Below are positions 10,442 to 19,500 of a stretch of DNA of 64,000 bases, piece by piece. The notes under the pieces were generated by a model, which was not told the DNA's origin, searched no databases, and saw only the letters and a list, made by a program, of their open reading frames with translations. The position numbers and the translations under genes were made by a program. Origin of the DNA: Nitrospirota bacterium (GTDB lineage Bacteria > JACPQY01). The DNA is taken from assembly GCA_016180645.1 (NCBI GenBank), contig JACPAV010000002.1:62001-126000 (forward strand), in the 5' to 3' direction. How positions within the stretch are numbered: the first letter of the stretch is position 1; the number at the start of each line of letters is the position of its first letter.

Positions 10442-11260
10442 TCAGGGGAATGGGTTGACGGCGCCGCCGCCTGGATGCCTCGCCGGGTCAAGATCTGCGG
10501 CTGGAGATTCGATGGAGCTCAGAACGAATTGCACCCGTCGATTCCACCGCCAGACATCCTCGCCCTCACCCTCCTTCAGGGGGAGTTCCTCGCCGAAGCT
10601 GATCACCCGCAGCCGGTTCGGATCGATGCCGAGGGCTTCCCAGTATTGGCGAACGGCCACCGCCCTTCGTTCACCCAGCGCCAGATTGTATTCGTTTGTT
10701 CCGCGCTCGTCGCAGTGGCCCTGAACATCCAATGAGACAGCCGGGTGATTGAGCATCCAAGCCGCGGCCCGCTTCAGGCTGTCCCGTGCATCATCGCGCA
10801 AGGCAAAGTCGTTGAAATCAAAGTAGACCCGTGGGAGGGCAAGCTCGGAATCGGGTTTTCCAAGGTTATTGGAGGTCAGTAGGACCGTCTCGAAGTCCGG
10901 TTCCGGGGCCGGGCTTTTCTCAACCTCATTCTGCGTTTCCGGTCGAGGGGACACCGGGGGAATACGGTCCAGCCAGGATTTCGCCTCGATAGCCAGGGAA
11001 CGCGCTTCCTCATATTTCTTGTCTCGCATTTTTTGTAGGGCCTGATCGAGGAGGGCTTCCGCTTTTCCGTATTCCTCCCCGTGCGAGGTCTCGGCGCCCC
11101 TCTCCCTCGCCGACTTCAGGGCGGCCTGGGCATCCGCCATTTCCTGGAGGGGGGATTTCGGGCCGCACGAGGAGAGCAGGAAGAGGAGCACAAAAGCCGC
11201 GATCATGAACAGATAGGGGAGGATCTTCTCCATCGGATGGTCCTGTTTCCGCTCCCTCAT
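10442..11260 (-). CDS. Lipoprotein with DUF4398 and OmpA/Pal-like peptidoglycan-binding domains
   Basis: Lipobox LSSC; QEMADAQAALKSARERGA (DUF4398-like); VYFDFND, QGHCDERGTNEYNLALGERRA and NRRVQF (Pal-like). Confidence 0.88.
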   Translation of the reverse strand: MRERKQDHPMEKILPYLFMIAAFVLLFLLSSCGPKSPLQEMADAQAALKSARERGAETSHGEEYGKAEALLDQALQKMRDKKYEEARSLAIEAKSWLDRIPPVSPRPETQNEVEKSPAPEPDFETVLLTSNNLGKPDSELALPRVYFDFNDFALRDDARDSLKRAAAWMLNHPAVSLDVQGHCDERGTNEYNLALGERRAVAVRQYWEALGIDPNRLRVISFGEELPLKEGEGEDVWRWNRRVQFVLSSIESPAADLDPARHPGGGAVNPFP

Positions 11261-11278
11261 CGCATCCCCCCCACCCGA

Positions 11279-11581
11279 TCAAGATTCATCGGAATTCGAA
11301 TCTTCTCCGCCGGTCTGCCAATACAGGGACATGGCCATGGTCATGATGGAGAACGTCGACCCCACGTCGGACCCGAGGAGCGTACACCATTGGGCCAGCA
11401 TCGACGGCCCTGGCACGCGTTGGCCGGTTTCGACCAACCCAACATATCTGACGGATACCCCGACCGCTTCGGCGACGGCTTTCTTCGAGTAGCCCTGCGC
11501 GATCCGTCTATCCCGGAGTATTCCTCCGATGCGGTTGGCCACTTCCCGGCGCGTCAAAACCGTGGTGCTCGGCGTTCCCAT
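11279..11581 (-). CDS. XRE-family helix-turn-helix protein
   Basis: IGGILRDRRIAQGYSKKAVAEAVGVSVRYVGLVETGQRVP. Confidence 0.8.
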   Translation of the reverse strand: MGTPSTTVLTRREVANRIGGILRDRRIAQGYSKKAVAEAVGVSVRYVGLVETGQRVPGPSMLAQWCTLLGSDVGSTFSIMTMAMSLYWQTGGEDSNSDES

Positions 11582-11613
11582 GACTCCAGTCTGCGCGAAG
11601 CGGCGTCATGCGA

Positions 11614-11631
11614 CTTTGCGGAAACGCAAAG
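11614..11631. promoter_or_regulatory. NnrR-type Crp/Fnr binding palindrome
   Basis: CTTTGCG-GAAA-CGCAAAG, perfect arms, between the Crp/Fnr gene and the XRE gene start. Confidence 0.75.
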
Positions 11632-11658
11632 AATGAAAAAGCTCCGGACCCGTGGCGG

Positions 11659-12399
11659 TCAGGAGACCGGGAGGCCCGGGAGAAATCGATCGACGAAATC
11701 TTTGGGTTGGTGCGGCGCGGCGAGCATCACACGTCCACGTCCGATTCGGACGAAGCCCTTTCCCTTCCATTGATTCAGAATCCGGCTGACCGTGAAAAGA
11801 GTGGTTCCCGCCATCTCGGCCAACTCCTGGCGAGTGAGCGGCAGGTTGATGACAATGCCGGCTTGCACGGGCTTGCCGTGCTCCTCCGCGAGCCTGGCGA
11901 GCACGCGCGCCAGGCGCAATTCCACCCGCTCGGTGGCCATGTAACGGTACTTCTTCTGCATTTCCTCGAGTCGACCGAGTACGATCCGAAGCGCGTTCAT
12001 CGCGATGGGAGGAAAGCGATTCATGAGCCGGATCACCTGGGCACTGTCCCATTCCCATGCGGTTGTAGCCGTGAGGGCCTGGGCGGAAAACGGATAGGTC
12101 TCGTCCCCCAGGATGGCCATCGAACCCAGGACCTGACCCGGACCGATGATTTTGAGTGTCACCTGGCGACCCGCCGAATTCGCCTGGCAGAATTTCACTT
12201 TTCCTTCCCGGAGAATCAGCAATCTCCGGGCGGGGTCTCCTTGGTGGAAGTAGAAGACGCCCCGCGCAATTCTGCGCTGCTTGGCCGGGCGGATGACGGC
12301 TTCCATCGCGGTCTCGCCGACACCCCGGAAAAGACCGACTCTCGGAATGAACCCCGACTTGACCTTTTCCGTGACACGTGCGCCCATGTGCCCGTTCAT
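11659..12399 (-). CDS. Crp/Fnr-family transcriptional regulator, NnrR-like
   Basis: cNMP-binding-fold region (FHQGDPA..LILREGKVK, IIGPGQVLG) and HTH LTRQELAEMAGTTLFTVSRILNQW; no Fnr Cys cluster. Start uncertain (12387-12486). Confidence 0.88.
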   Translation of the reverse strand: MNGHMGARVTEKVKSGFIPRVGLFRGVGETAMEAVIRPAKQRRIARGVFYFHQGDPARRLLILREGKVKFCQANSAGRQVTLKIIGPGQVLGSMAILGDETYPFSAQALTATTAWEWDSAQVIRLMNRFPPIAMNALRIVLGRLEEMQKKYRYMATERVELRLARVLARLAEEHGKPVQAGIVINLPLTRQELAEMAGTTLFTVSRILNQWKGKGFVRIGRGRVMLAAPHQPKDFVDRFLPGLPVS

Positions 12400-12490
12400 C
12401 CTACCTGCCCGGAATCGGGTTGCAAGAGGGAGGCGGGGTTTTACGGGGTTCGCTGTTTTGCCGGAACCCGTTTTCGGATGACCCACGGTA

Positions 12491-12508
12491 ACTTGATCGG
12501 GCGCAAAG
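12491..12508. promoter_or_regulatory. Second, hybrid Crp/Fnr-type box
   Basis: ACTTGAT-CGGG-CGCAAAG between the divergent regulator and GGDEF genes: one Fnr-like half (TTGAT) and one NnrR-like half (CGCAAAG). Confidence 0.55.
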
Positions 12509-12567
12509 ACATGCCAGGACGTCCGGACTAGCCTTCACGGCGAGGGCAATTCCGAAGGGAGGTCTCC

Positions 12568-13485
12568 ATGAAGCATGTTCTGATCGTTGGGCAAAGTGAA
12601 AACATTTCTCCCTCGTCGAACCGAGTATTCCTTGAGTCGGGGATCCAGGTGTCCAGGGCAATGGACGGGGCCGACGCATTGCGTCTTCTTTACGAGCGCT
12701 CCTTTGACGCAATGCTCCTGCACTTGGGGAGTCCCGAGGACGGCCTGAAAACACTCCGCATGATCCGTCGGGATCTCCGGATTGATCCAATGCCGATCAT
12801 CATTCTCGGCCCGAGTACCGATGGGCACCTCATCCAGAGGGCTCTGTCCGAGGGCGCGGATGGCTTTGTTGGGGGCGTCTGTCCACCCGAAGAGATGTCA
12901 CAGCGGATACGGGGACGCATCCGGCGCAATCGGATGCTGGCCGACCTGAACCCTCTGACGAAGCTGCCGGGAAATGTGGCCATCCTGCGCGAGATTCAAA
13001 AACGGTTGCGGGGAGGTCACCCCTTCGTTGTTGCCGCCTCGGATCTCAAACACTTCAAGGCCGTCAACGATTCCTTTGGGATTCCCTGTGGAGATGCCGT
13101 GATCTGCCAAACGGCCTCCGTCCTGTCCAATTGCCTTCAAGACTACGATGGCCCCTCTGGATTCGTAGGGCACATCGGTGGGGACGATTTCGTGTTTCTG
13201 GCCGACCCCGGTCGCGCGGAGAAGATCGCGGAAGCTATCATCTCATCCTTCACCCAGACGATCGGTAATGTGTTGCTGGGTGTACCCAGACGGATTCTGC
13301 GCGGTCGCGCCGGGGAACTTATCAGCTCTCCGTTTGTCACGATTCACTTGGGTCTTGTTACGAACCGGAACAAGGAGCCGGACCCCCAGGATCTTTTGAC
13401 CCACGCATGCGAGTGGCGCTCCAAGGCGAAGAAGTCCAAGAGCAGCCACTGGGTGGCGGACTGGACATCGTCCTTGGTGCCGTAG
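12568..13485 (+). CDS. Receiver-like domain + GGDEF-domain protein (GGDDF variant)
   Basis: GGGAGG RBS; NPLTKLPGN, DLKHFKAVNDSFG..GD and GHIGGDDF; the receiver lacks the canonical acidic residues. Confidence 0.85.
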   Translation: MKHVLIVGQSENISPSSNRVFLESGIQVSRAMDGADALRLLYERSFDAMLLHLGSPEDGLKTLRMIRRDLRIDPMPIIILGPSTDGHLIQRALSEGADGFVGGVCPPEEMSQRIRGRIRRNRMLADLNPLTKLPGNVAILREIQKRLRGGHPFVVAASDLKHFKAVNDSFGIPCGDAVICQTASVLSNCLQDYDGPSGFVGHIGGDDFVFLADPGRAEKIAEAIISSFTQTIGNVLLGVPRRILRGRAGELISSPFVTIHLGLVTNRNKEPDPQDLLTHACEWRSKAKKSKSSHWVADWTSSLVP

Positions 13486-13674
13486 AATCCACACCCAGCG
13501 GCCGGCATTCTGCCAGGGCCGCCCCGGTCAGAGGACTTCACCGCACCCCGTCGGGTAGGGTTGGGGAAGCGCGGGCCGACTGCACGTCGGATCAGACGGT
13601 CCGGGGCTGGATCGTGATCAAGGCCGGCGGGGGCAGGGCAGAATGAGGTCCGCTACCGGTGCGGGTTACGGGGA

Positions 13675-14322
13675 TCAGCGCGCCATGCGGCCCTTTTCGC
13701 CGCCGGGACGATAGGCAATATCATCCTCGGTCCCGGGCTGCCCGTCCTTCCCCGCGCTGGACAGCCGGAATCCATCCGCCCACGCCTGATAAAGAAACGG
13801 CCGACCCCACGAATCGAGTATCTTCTTCATTTCCATCGGGTCCGACGGGTTGATGAGCGCCTCGATGGATTTCGGATAGGCACCCTTTTCCTGATGGTAG
13901 TTGCGGATCATTTCGACCACCCCTTCCGGGTTCTTGTCGGACCCCGGCTGGGATTTGAATCCTCTCTGAACGAGAAAAGCGCCCGCCGTTACGGCGACGA
14001 ACAGGGCGATGCCCGCCGGGATGGCGACATAGGGCAGCACCGCGCGGAGGTCCACGTGTGGGAGCTTGAACCGAGAGGCGTCGATTACCCGTCCACCGGG
14101 AGGTGCGAAGCCTATCTCGGTATGTTTGGCGATCCGGTAAGCGTCCACCGCACTCCAGATCCACACCCCTAACGAGATGAGAGTTCCCAAGGGTGGGAAA
14201 AGAAGCGCGGAGAGCAGGGCGCCGGCCATGAACGAAAGGCCTCTTCCCCATCGGCGACAGTAGAGTTGGCCGAGACCTGGAATGAGGGCCGAGAGAATCG
14301 CGGCAAGAGTAGGATCTTTCAC
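13675..14322 (-). CDS. Membrane protein: TM2/DUF5683-like N-terminus fused to a GspG (T2SSG)-like C-terminal domain
   Basis: KDPTLAAILSALIPGLGQLY at the N-terminus; LDSWGRPFLY...LSSAGKDGQPGTEDDI at the C-terminus. Confidence 0.7.
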   Translation of the reverse strand: MKDPTLAAILSALIPGLGQLYCRRWGRGLSFMAGALLSALLFPPLGTLISLGVWIWSAVDAYRIAKHTEIGFAPPGGRVIDASRFKLPHVDLRAVLPYVAIPAGIALFVAVTAGAFLVQRGFKSQPGSDKNPEGVVEMIRNYHQEKGAYPKSIEALINPSDPMEMKKILDSWGRPFLYQAWADGFRLSSAGKDGQPGTEDDIAYRPGGEKGRMAR

Positions 14323-14324
14323 GG

Positions 14325-14903
14325 CTACTGGAATTTGACTTCGGGGACTTCCTTCTTCGCCTCCGGAACTTCGTAATACGGGTATGGACCCAGCCCGATG
14401 GAAGAGGCGATCACGTTCCCCGGGAAGCGGCGAAGGCCGGCGTTATACTCTCTGACGCCGTCGTTGTATCGCTTGCGCTCGACGGCGATTCGGTTCTCGG
14501 TTCCCGCCAATTCGTCCTGTAAGGCCATGAAGTTCTGGTTCGCCTTGAGGTCAGGGTAACGCTCAACCACGACGAGGAGACGCGACAGAAAGGAAGACAT
14601 CTCGTTCGCGGCCTTGATTTTCCGGTCGATGGTTCCCGCGCCGCCCAGCTTGGCGCGCGACTCGGCAATGCCGGTAAAGATCTCTTTCTCGTGCGTGGCG
14701 TATCCCTTCACGGTATTGACCAGATTGGGGATCAGATCGCTTCGCCGTTGAAGCACGTTCTCGACCTGCGCCCACTGGCCCTTCACGCCCTCTTCCATGG
14801 TGACGAACCGATTGCGAGTCGATATGACATAACTGCAACTCCCGATGCCCATGACGGCCAGGAGCCCCAATGTGATCCCCGCGACAATCCACCCTTTTTT
14901 CAT
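14325..14903 (-). CDS. lemA: LemA family protein
   Basis: WAQVENVLQRRSDLIPNLVNTVKGYA, ERYPDLKANQNF and LAGTENRIAVERKRYN; start at ATG 14903 after GGAGG. Confidence 0.95.
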   Translation of the reverse strand: MKKGWIVAGITLGLLAVMGIGSCSYVISTRNRFVTMEEGVKGQWAQVENVLQRRSDLIPNLVNTVKGYATHEKEIFTGIAESRAKLGGAGTIDRKIKAANEMSSFLSRLLVVVERYPDLKANQNFMALQDELAGTENRIAVERKRYNDGVREYNAGLRRFPGNVIASSIGLGPYPYYEVPEAKKEVPEVKFQ

Positions 14904-14957
14904 CACTTCCTCCTTCCTACTGTAACCTCTCGAATGAGAAACCACCCATCGATCTTA

Positions 14958-15752
14958 TTACCAGCGTCCACCGGCTCCTCCGCCTCCGAAGCCTCCTCCA
15001 AGACCCCCTCCGAATCCGCCCCCAAATCCGCCGCTCCCGAATCCTCCACCGAATCCACCGCGCGTCAGGGATCCCATCATGAAAAATGGGAGGAGACCGA
15101 ATCGCCCCCGGCCAAGCAGTAGGGGCAACAAGACGAAAAGGAGAAGCGGCAGCCCCCCCATGAGGCCGAATCCTCTCCGTCGTGGCCGTCTTTGAGACTG
15201 GAGATCCCGCGTCGACGCAAGACTCTCGAGCGAGATACCCCTGGCCCCGGCGATCTCCCCGGCCAGTAGAAGGGTCCCGTTTACGATCCCGGCCGCGAAG
15301 TCGCCCCGTCGAAAATACGGCAGGATCTCCTGATCGCGTATGCGGCCCACTTTGCCGTCCGGAAGAATCTCCTCCACGCCGTATCCCGTGGCAATGAACA
15401 TCTCACGGTCCTTCAGCGCCGCCAGGAAAACGATCCCATTGTCTTTCCCCTTTTTCCCCACGCCCCACTTCTGCCCGAACTCGACGGCATAATCCGCGGC
15501 CGGGACGCCGTCTGTGGAATCGATGACGACGACGGCCACTTGGGCTCCCGTCTTCTGCTCGAGGCCCTGCAACAGGGAATCGAGTTGCCGTCGGACCGAC
15601 TCGGGCACGACGCCCGTGTAATCGCTCACATAGTTCTTGAACGGCACGACATCCGCCCGGGATGGACCGGAGGTGACGCACAGGGCTGAAAGGAGAATCC
15701 CGACGGACAACCCGAACGCGGGCAACGGCGCTCTTTTCCGTCTTCCGCTCAC
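14958..15752 (-). CDS. TPM (DUF477/YgcG) domain protein with Gly-rich tail
   Basis: YVSDYTGV, KWGVGKKGKDNG, TGYGVEEILPD and terminal GGFGGGGAGGRW. Confidence 0.92.
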   Translation of the reverse strand: MSGRRKRAPLPAFGLSVGILLSALCVTSGPSRADVVPFKNYVSDYTGVVPESVRRQLDSLLQGLEQKTGAQVAVVVIDSTDGVPAADYAVEFGQKWGVGKKGKDNGIVFLAALKDREMFIATGYGVEEILPDGKVGRIRDQEILPYFRRGDFAAGIVNGTLLLAGEIAGARGISLESLASTRDLQSQRRPRRRGFGLMGGLPLLLFVLLPLLLGRGRFGLLPFFMMGSLTRGGFGGGFGSGGFGGGFGGGLGGGFGGGGAGGRW

Positions 15753-16489
15753 TCCACCACCAGGCGATCCAGGTGCTTGACGAGCGTCATCACCTCCGCG
15801 AGATAGGCCTCGAACAACATCGGAATATCCCCGCGTTCCGGATCGTACTCGCCGCCACGCATGGCCCTGACCTTTTCAATGGCGGTGAACCCCAAATGCT
15901 CCGACTCCTGCAACGCAGCCATCAGTTCGCGTCCTTGAGGCGGCGCGCCGGTTCCCCGGAGAAAGAGAAGGTATCGGGCGATACGGAGGAAGGAGGGGAC
16001 GGACAGGATCATGGCTTGCCGAAGCTTCCGGGGCCTCAGGGCCGTTTCGAGCAGAATTTGCCGCAGGTGCAGAAGTTTTCCCCGGGCCTCCCGCTCGCAC
16101 TGGGCACGGACGGCGGCCTTCGATGGCTTCACCTCCGCCAACACATCCATGCCGTACAGAACCCTCCGATGGGCTTGCATCTCGAGAATCTCAATCGGGT
16201 AGACATCCAGGGAGGTTTCAATGTATTCGGGACTCATAACGAGCGGCGTAGCTATCCTGTGTCGCCTCCATTTCGAAACGTGGGGGGCCAGCCGTCCCAA
16301 CTGCCGGTATTCCACCTGATCCAAGACAATCAGTGTGTCCAGAAGCGATCGTTTCGTATCGAACTCTCCTCGCGCGGCGCTGCCGTAGAGGACGATGCTC
16401 TTCAGGTCCTTCTCCAGCAAGCTCCGAACTTGGAGGACGAAGCCGTTCAGCCCTTGCTCCAATTTGGAAGGAAGTCGCCCGATCACCAT
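15749..16489 (-). CDS. Nucleotidyltransferase-domain protein (LemA/TPM-associated type)
   Basis: LKSIVLYGSAARGEF, SLDVYPIE and RAQCEREARGKL; start placed at ATG 16489. Confidence 0.8.
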   Translation of the reverse strand: MVIGRLPSKLEQGLNGFVLQVRSLLEKDLKSIVLYGSAARGEFDTKRSLLDTLIVLDQVEYRQLGRLAPHVSKWRRHRIATPLVMSPEYIETSLDVYPIEILEMQAHRRVLYGMDVLAEVKPSKAAVRAQCEREARGKLLHLRQILLETALRPRKLRQAMILSVPSFLRIARYLLFLRGTGAPPQGRELMAALQESEHLGFTAIEKVRAMRGGEYDPERGDIPMLFEAYLAEVMTLVKHLDRLVVE

Positions 16490-16571
16490 GATGGACCTAT
16501 ACCAAACGCAACCAGGCCACAACTTGCGCCAGCGCAAAGACGGAACGGCGGAAAGGAAGCACCTTCATGAC

Positions 16572-19500
16572 GTGGAGGAGTGCATCGTCCGTCACTCTCC
16601 GTCCCGGCGTCGATGGGCCACGGCAGCCGCCGCGGCCGTCGGGTGGATCGAGGCCATCGTGTCCCTCGGAGGTGGTTCTGCATGGGCCCTCGATGGAGCC
16701 GCGTTGTACGGCCAGAGCGGGAGCGCCGTGCCCCAGAGGAAAGCCTACACAGGTTCCAGCTCCACCTTTGGAGCGACGGCGGCGAACAGCGCGAACTCCA
16801 CGGCCACCAATCTCCAGTGGGTCGTCCTGCGGGACGCTCCGCTGCGCAACGAGAAAATGCTCGGGACGCTGTCGTCGGACGGAACGCTGATTCTCCAGGA
16901 ATTCAATGGCACGTCCTCCACGTGGACGACGCGACGAACGTGCACCACGTGTCTCTCCGGCGGCACGAACGACAACTACCGCGCTTTGGACATTGCCTAT
17001 GAGGATTCGAGCAGCGATGCGCTGATCATCTACGAGAACACCTCCACGACCAATACGACGGTTTCCTTTGCCACCTGGGACGGAACGACTTTCACCGATA
17101 ATGTTGGCGGGCTCACGCTCTGGGCGGGTGCGACCATCACGCGCTGGGTCCAACTCGTTCCTCGCCCGGGGTTCGACACCATCATGCTGATCGCCATGAG
17201 CAATGGCGGTGTGGTCCGGGCGGCCGAGTGGAACGGAACGGGATGGGGAAGCGTTCAGGAACTCACCAATGCCGGTATCACGAACGCGCCGGGCAAGCCG
17301 TTCGGCTTCGCCTATGAAGGTTCTTCCGGAGACGGTCTCGCCGCGTACGGAACCGGGACTACTCTGGAACACTGGACGTATGTCGCGTCCACCTGGGCCG
17401 GCCCAACGACGAATTCCCCGTTCAATGGCGGTGCGGCGGTGGACGAAATCCAGATGGCTTCCGACCCGAGCTCGGACACCATCGCCTACATTCAGAGGGA
17501 TGCCGGGGCCGACTGCAACGCGTTTGTCTGGGACGGCACCGCGTGGGAGGCAGGCAATCCGACCGAAGACGCCGCCATGGAGCGACCCTCCACCACTCTC
17601 CCCAGCCGCACCGTTGACGTCGCGTGGGGGAAATCGAACGCCACCGCCCTTTTCGTCTACGTGGACGCAAACGGGCTCAACCCGGAGTATTTCACCTACA
17701 TCCGTGGATCCGGCTGGAGCGTCACGAGCATCGCGACCAATACCGCCAACACAGGCTCGGCATGGCCGGACGACGTCGAAATGGTGCAGCTCACGCCCAA
17801 TCCCAACTCGGATGAGATCATGCTCCTGGGAACCAGCCTGCCCACAGGCGGCAATCAATTGGAGGCGCGACTCTGGAACGGCTCTTCGTGGAGCGTCCCG
17901 GTGAACTCCCCCCTCGAAACGTCGCCGTCCGACGACAATTTCGAAACGGCCATGTTCGCCTGGAGCGCGCCGCTCCCGCGTCTGGAACAAATCGGTTACA
18001 AAGTGTGCGACAACACCGACGCCGTTCAACCCTCGACCTGCGACGCTCGGGACACGGCACGAACGGGAACCGACTGGGAAGGCGTCGTTCGCATTCGCAT
18101 CGGCGTGAAGGCCATCGGAGACAATCTGACCAGTGGGACGTACAAGCTACAATACGGTGAGACTTCTTCAACGTGCGCCTCCGCTTCCGGATGGACCGAT
18201 GTCGGCTCACCTTCCGCCGTCGCCGTGGCGTGGCGTGGATACGGCAACTCGCCGGCCGACGGCGCGGCGATTACCGCCAACCTCCTGACGGAGTCTCCCG
18301 CGGCCACCATTCTGGAAACCTACGAGGAGGACGCCGCCATCTCCGCCCTCAACGCCACAATTTCCGCGGGCGCCATCGGGGAGTGGGATTTCGTCGTGGA
18401 GAACTACAATGCGGGACCCGGCCAAACGTACTGCTTCCGGATGGCCCGCACGGATGGAAGCACCTTCAACACGTACTCCCAGTATCCGGAGATCACTCCG
18501 ACCGCCGGTACCGCCGGAGGCATGGTCCTTTACGATGACAATACGGCGGATGGACAGCCCATCCGGCGACTTTGGAGCACGGGCACACAGGACTTCGGCG
18601 GCGCCGGAAACCTTGCCAACGCCGGTAACGCCTCCAACATTCAGTTCATCGTTGCAAAGTCCCTCCAGCAGGACACCGATGGGGGGGCTCTCCAGCCGGC
18701 CGGTCGCAACTCGGGTGAGGTTCTCGCCGGCACACAGCATCTGGACGGTTCTCTCCTCGTGCAGCGATGGGATGGAACCACATGGAACAATTGGACACCC
18801 GGCATCGCCAGCATCGTGCCCACCGCCAATGCCGACGCGGCCCGGGCCTTCGACCTCGGTTACGAGCCGAACACCGGTGACGCGATGGTTGTGCACGAAA
18901 ACAATGCCACGGACCAATGTTTCACGTATTCGATTTGGGACGGAACAAGCTGGTCCACGACCGACGTGGACTATACCGCCGCCGGCTCAGCCTCCGGTTG
19001 CGGAGCCAGCCCTCAAGTGCTGACCTGCGGGGGGACTCCGGCTTCCGGAGATATTCGTTGGATGAAATTGCGCCCGAAATCCCAATCGGAGGAAATGATC
19101 CTGATGTTCGAATCGGCGGAAGGGGCCGCGGAAGCCCTCTACGCGGCGCACTGGAACGGCAGTTCGTGGGACAACTGCGTGGCGCTCGTGGATACGACGT
19201 CGTGCAGCGGCGCCATCCGCGAGTGTTTTGATTTCGCCTGGGAGAGGCTCTCCGGGGGCCCCAACAGCGGCGGAGTCATGGTGTATGACAACGGCACGGA
19301 CATCGCCTGGAGGGAGTTCGTATTCAGCACGGGATGGGGAGGCGAAACTGCGGCCGCCCCGTGCAACAACACCGTGGGGGGCGGCACCGTCCAGCGGGTC
19401 CAGATGGCGGCAGACCCGACTTCGAATGATTTGGCCGTGGCCGTGATGTATGGCGCGGCACCCTCTGACCTTTGCGTGGATATTTGGAACGGGACGGCCT

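Noticed and set aside
6074-10458. Long plus-strand ORFs 6074-7768, 8054-9466 and 9376-10458
   Set aside because: Antisense shadows of otsAB, clc and mscS, expected in GC-rich DNA; no recognisable motifs.
14960-15065. Gly-rich repeat at the end of the TPM gene
   Set aside because: Normal GGFGG tail of this family.
16395-16571. Upstream extension of the giant ORF
   Set aside because: Overlaps the divergent nucleotidyltransferase gene; the signal-like sequence begins after 16572.
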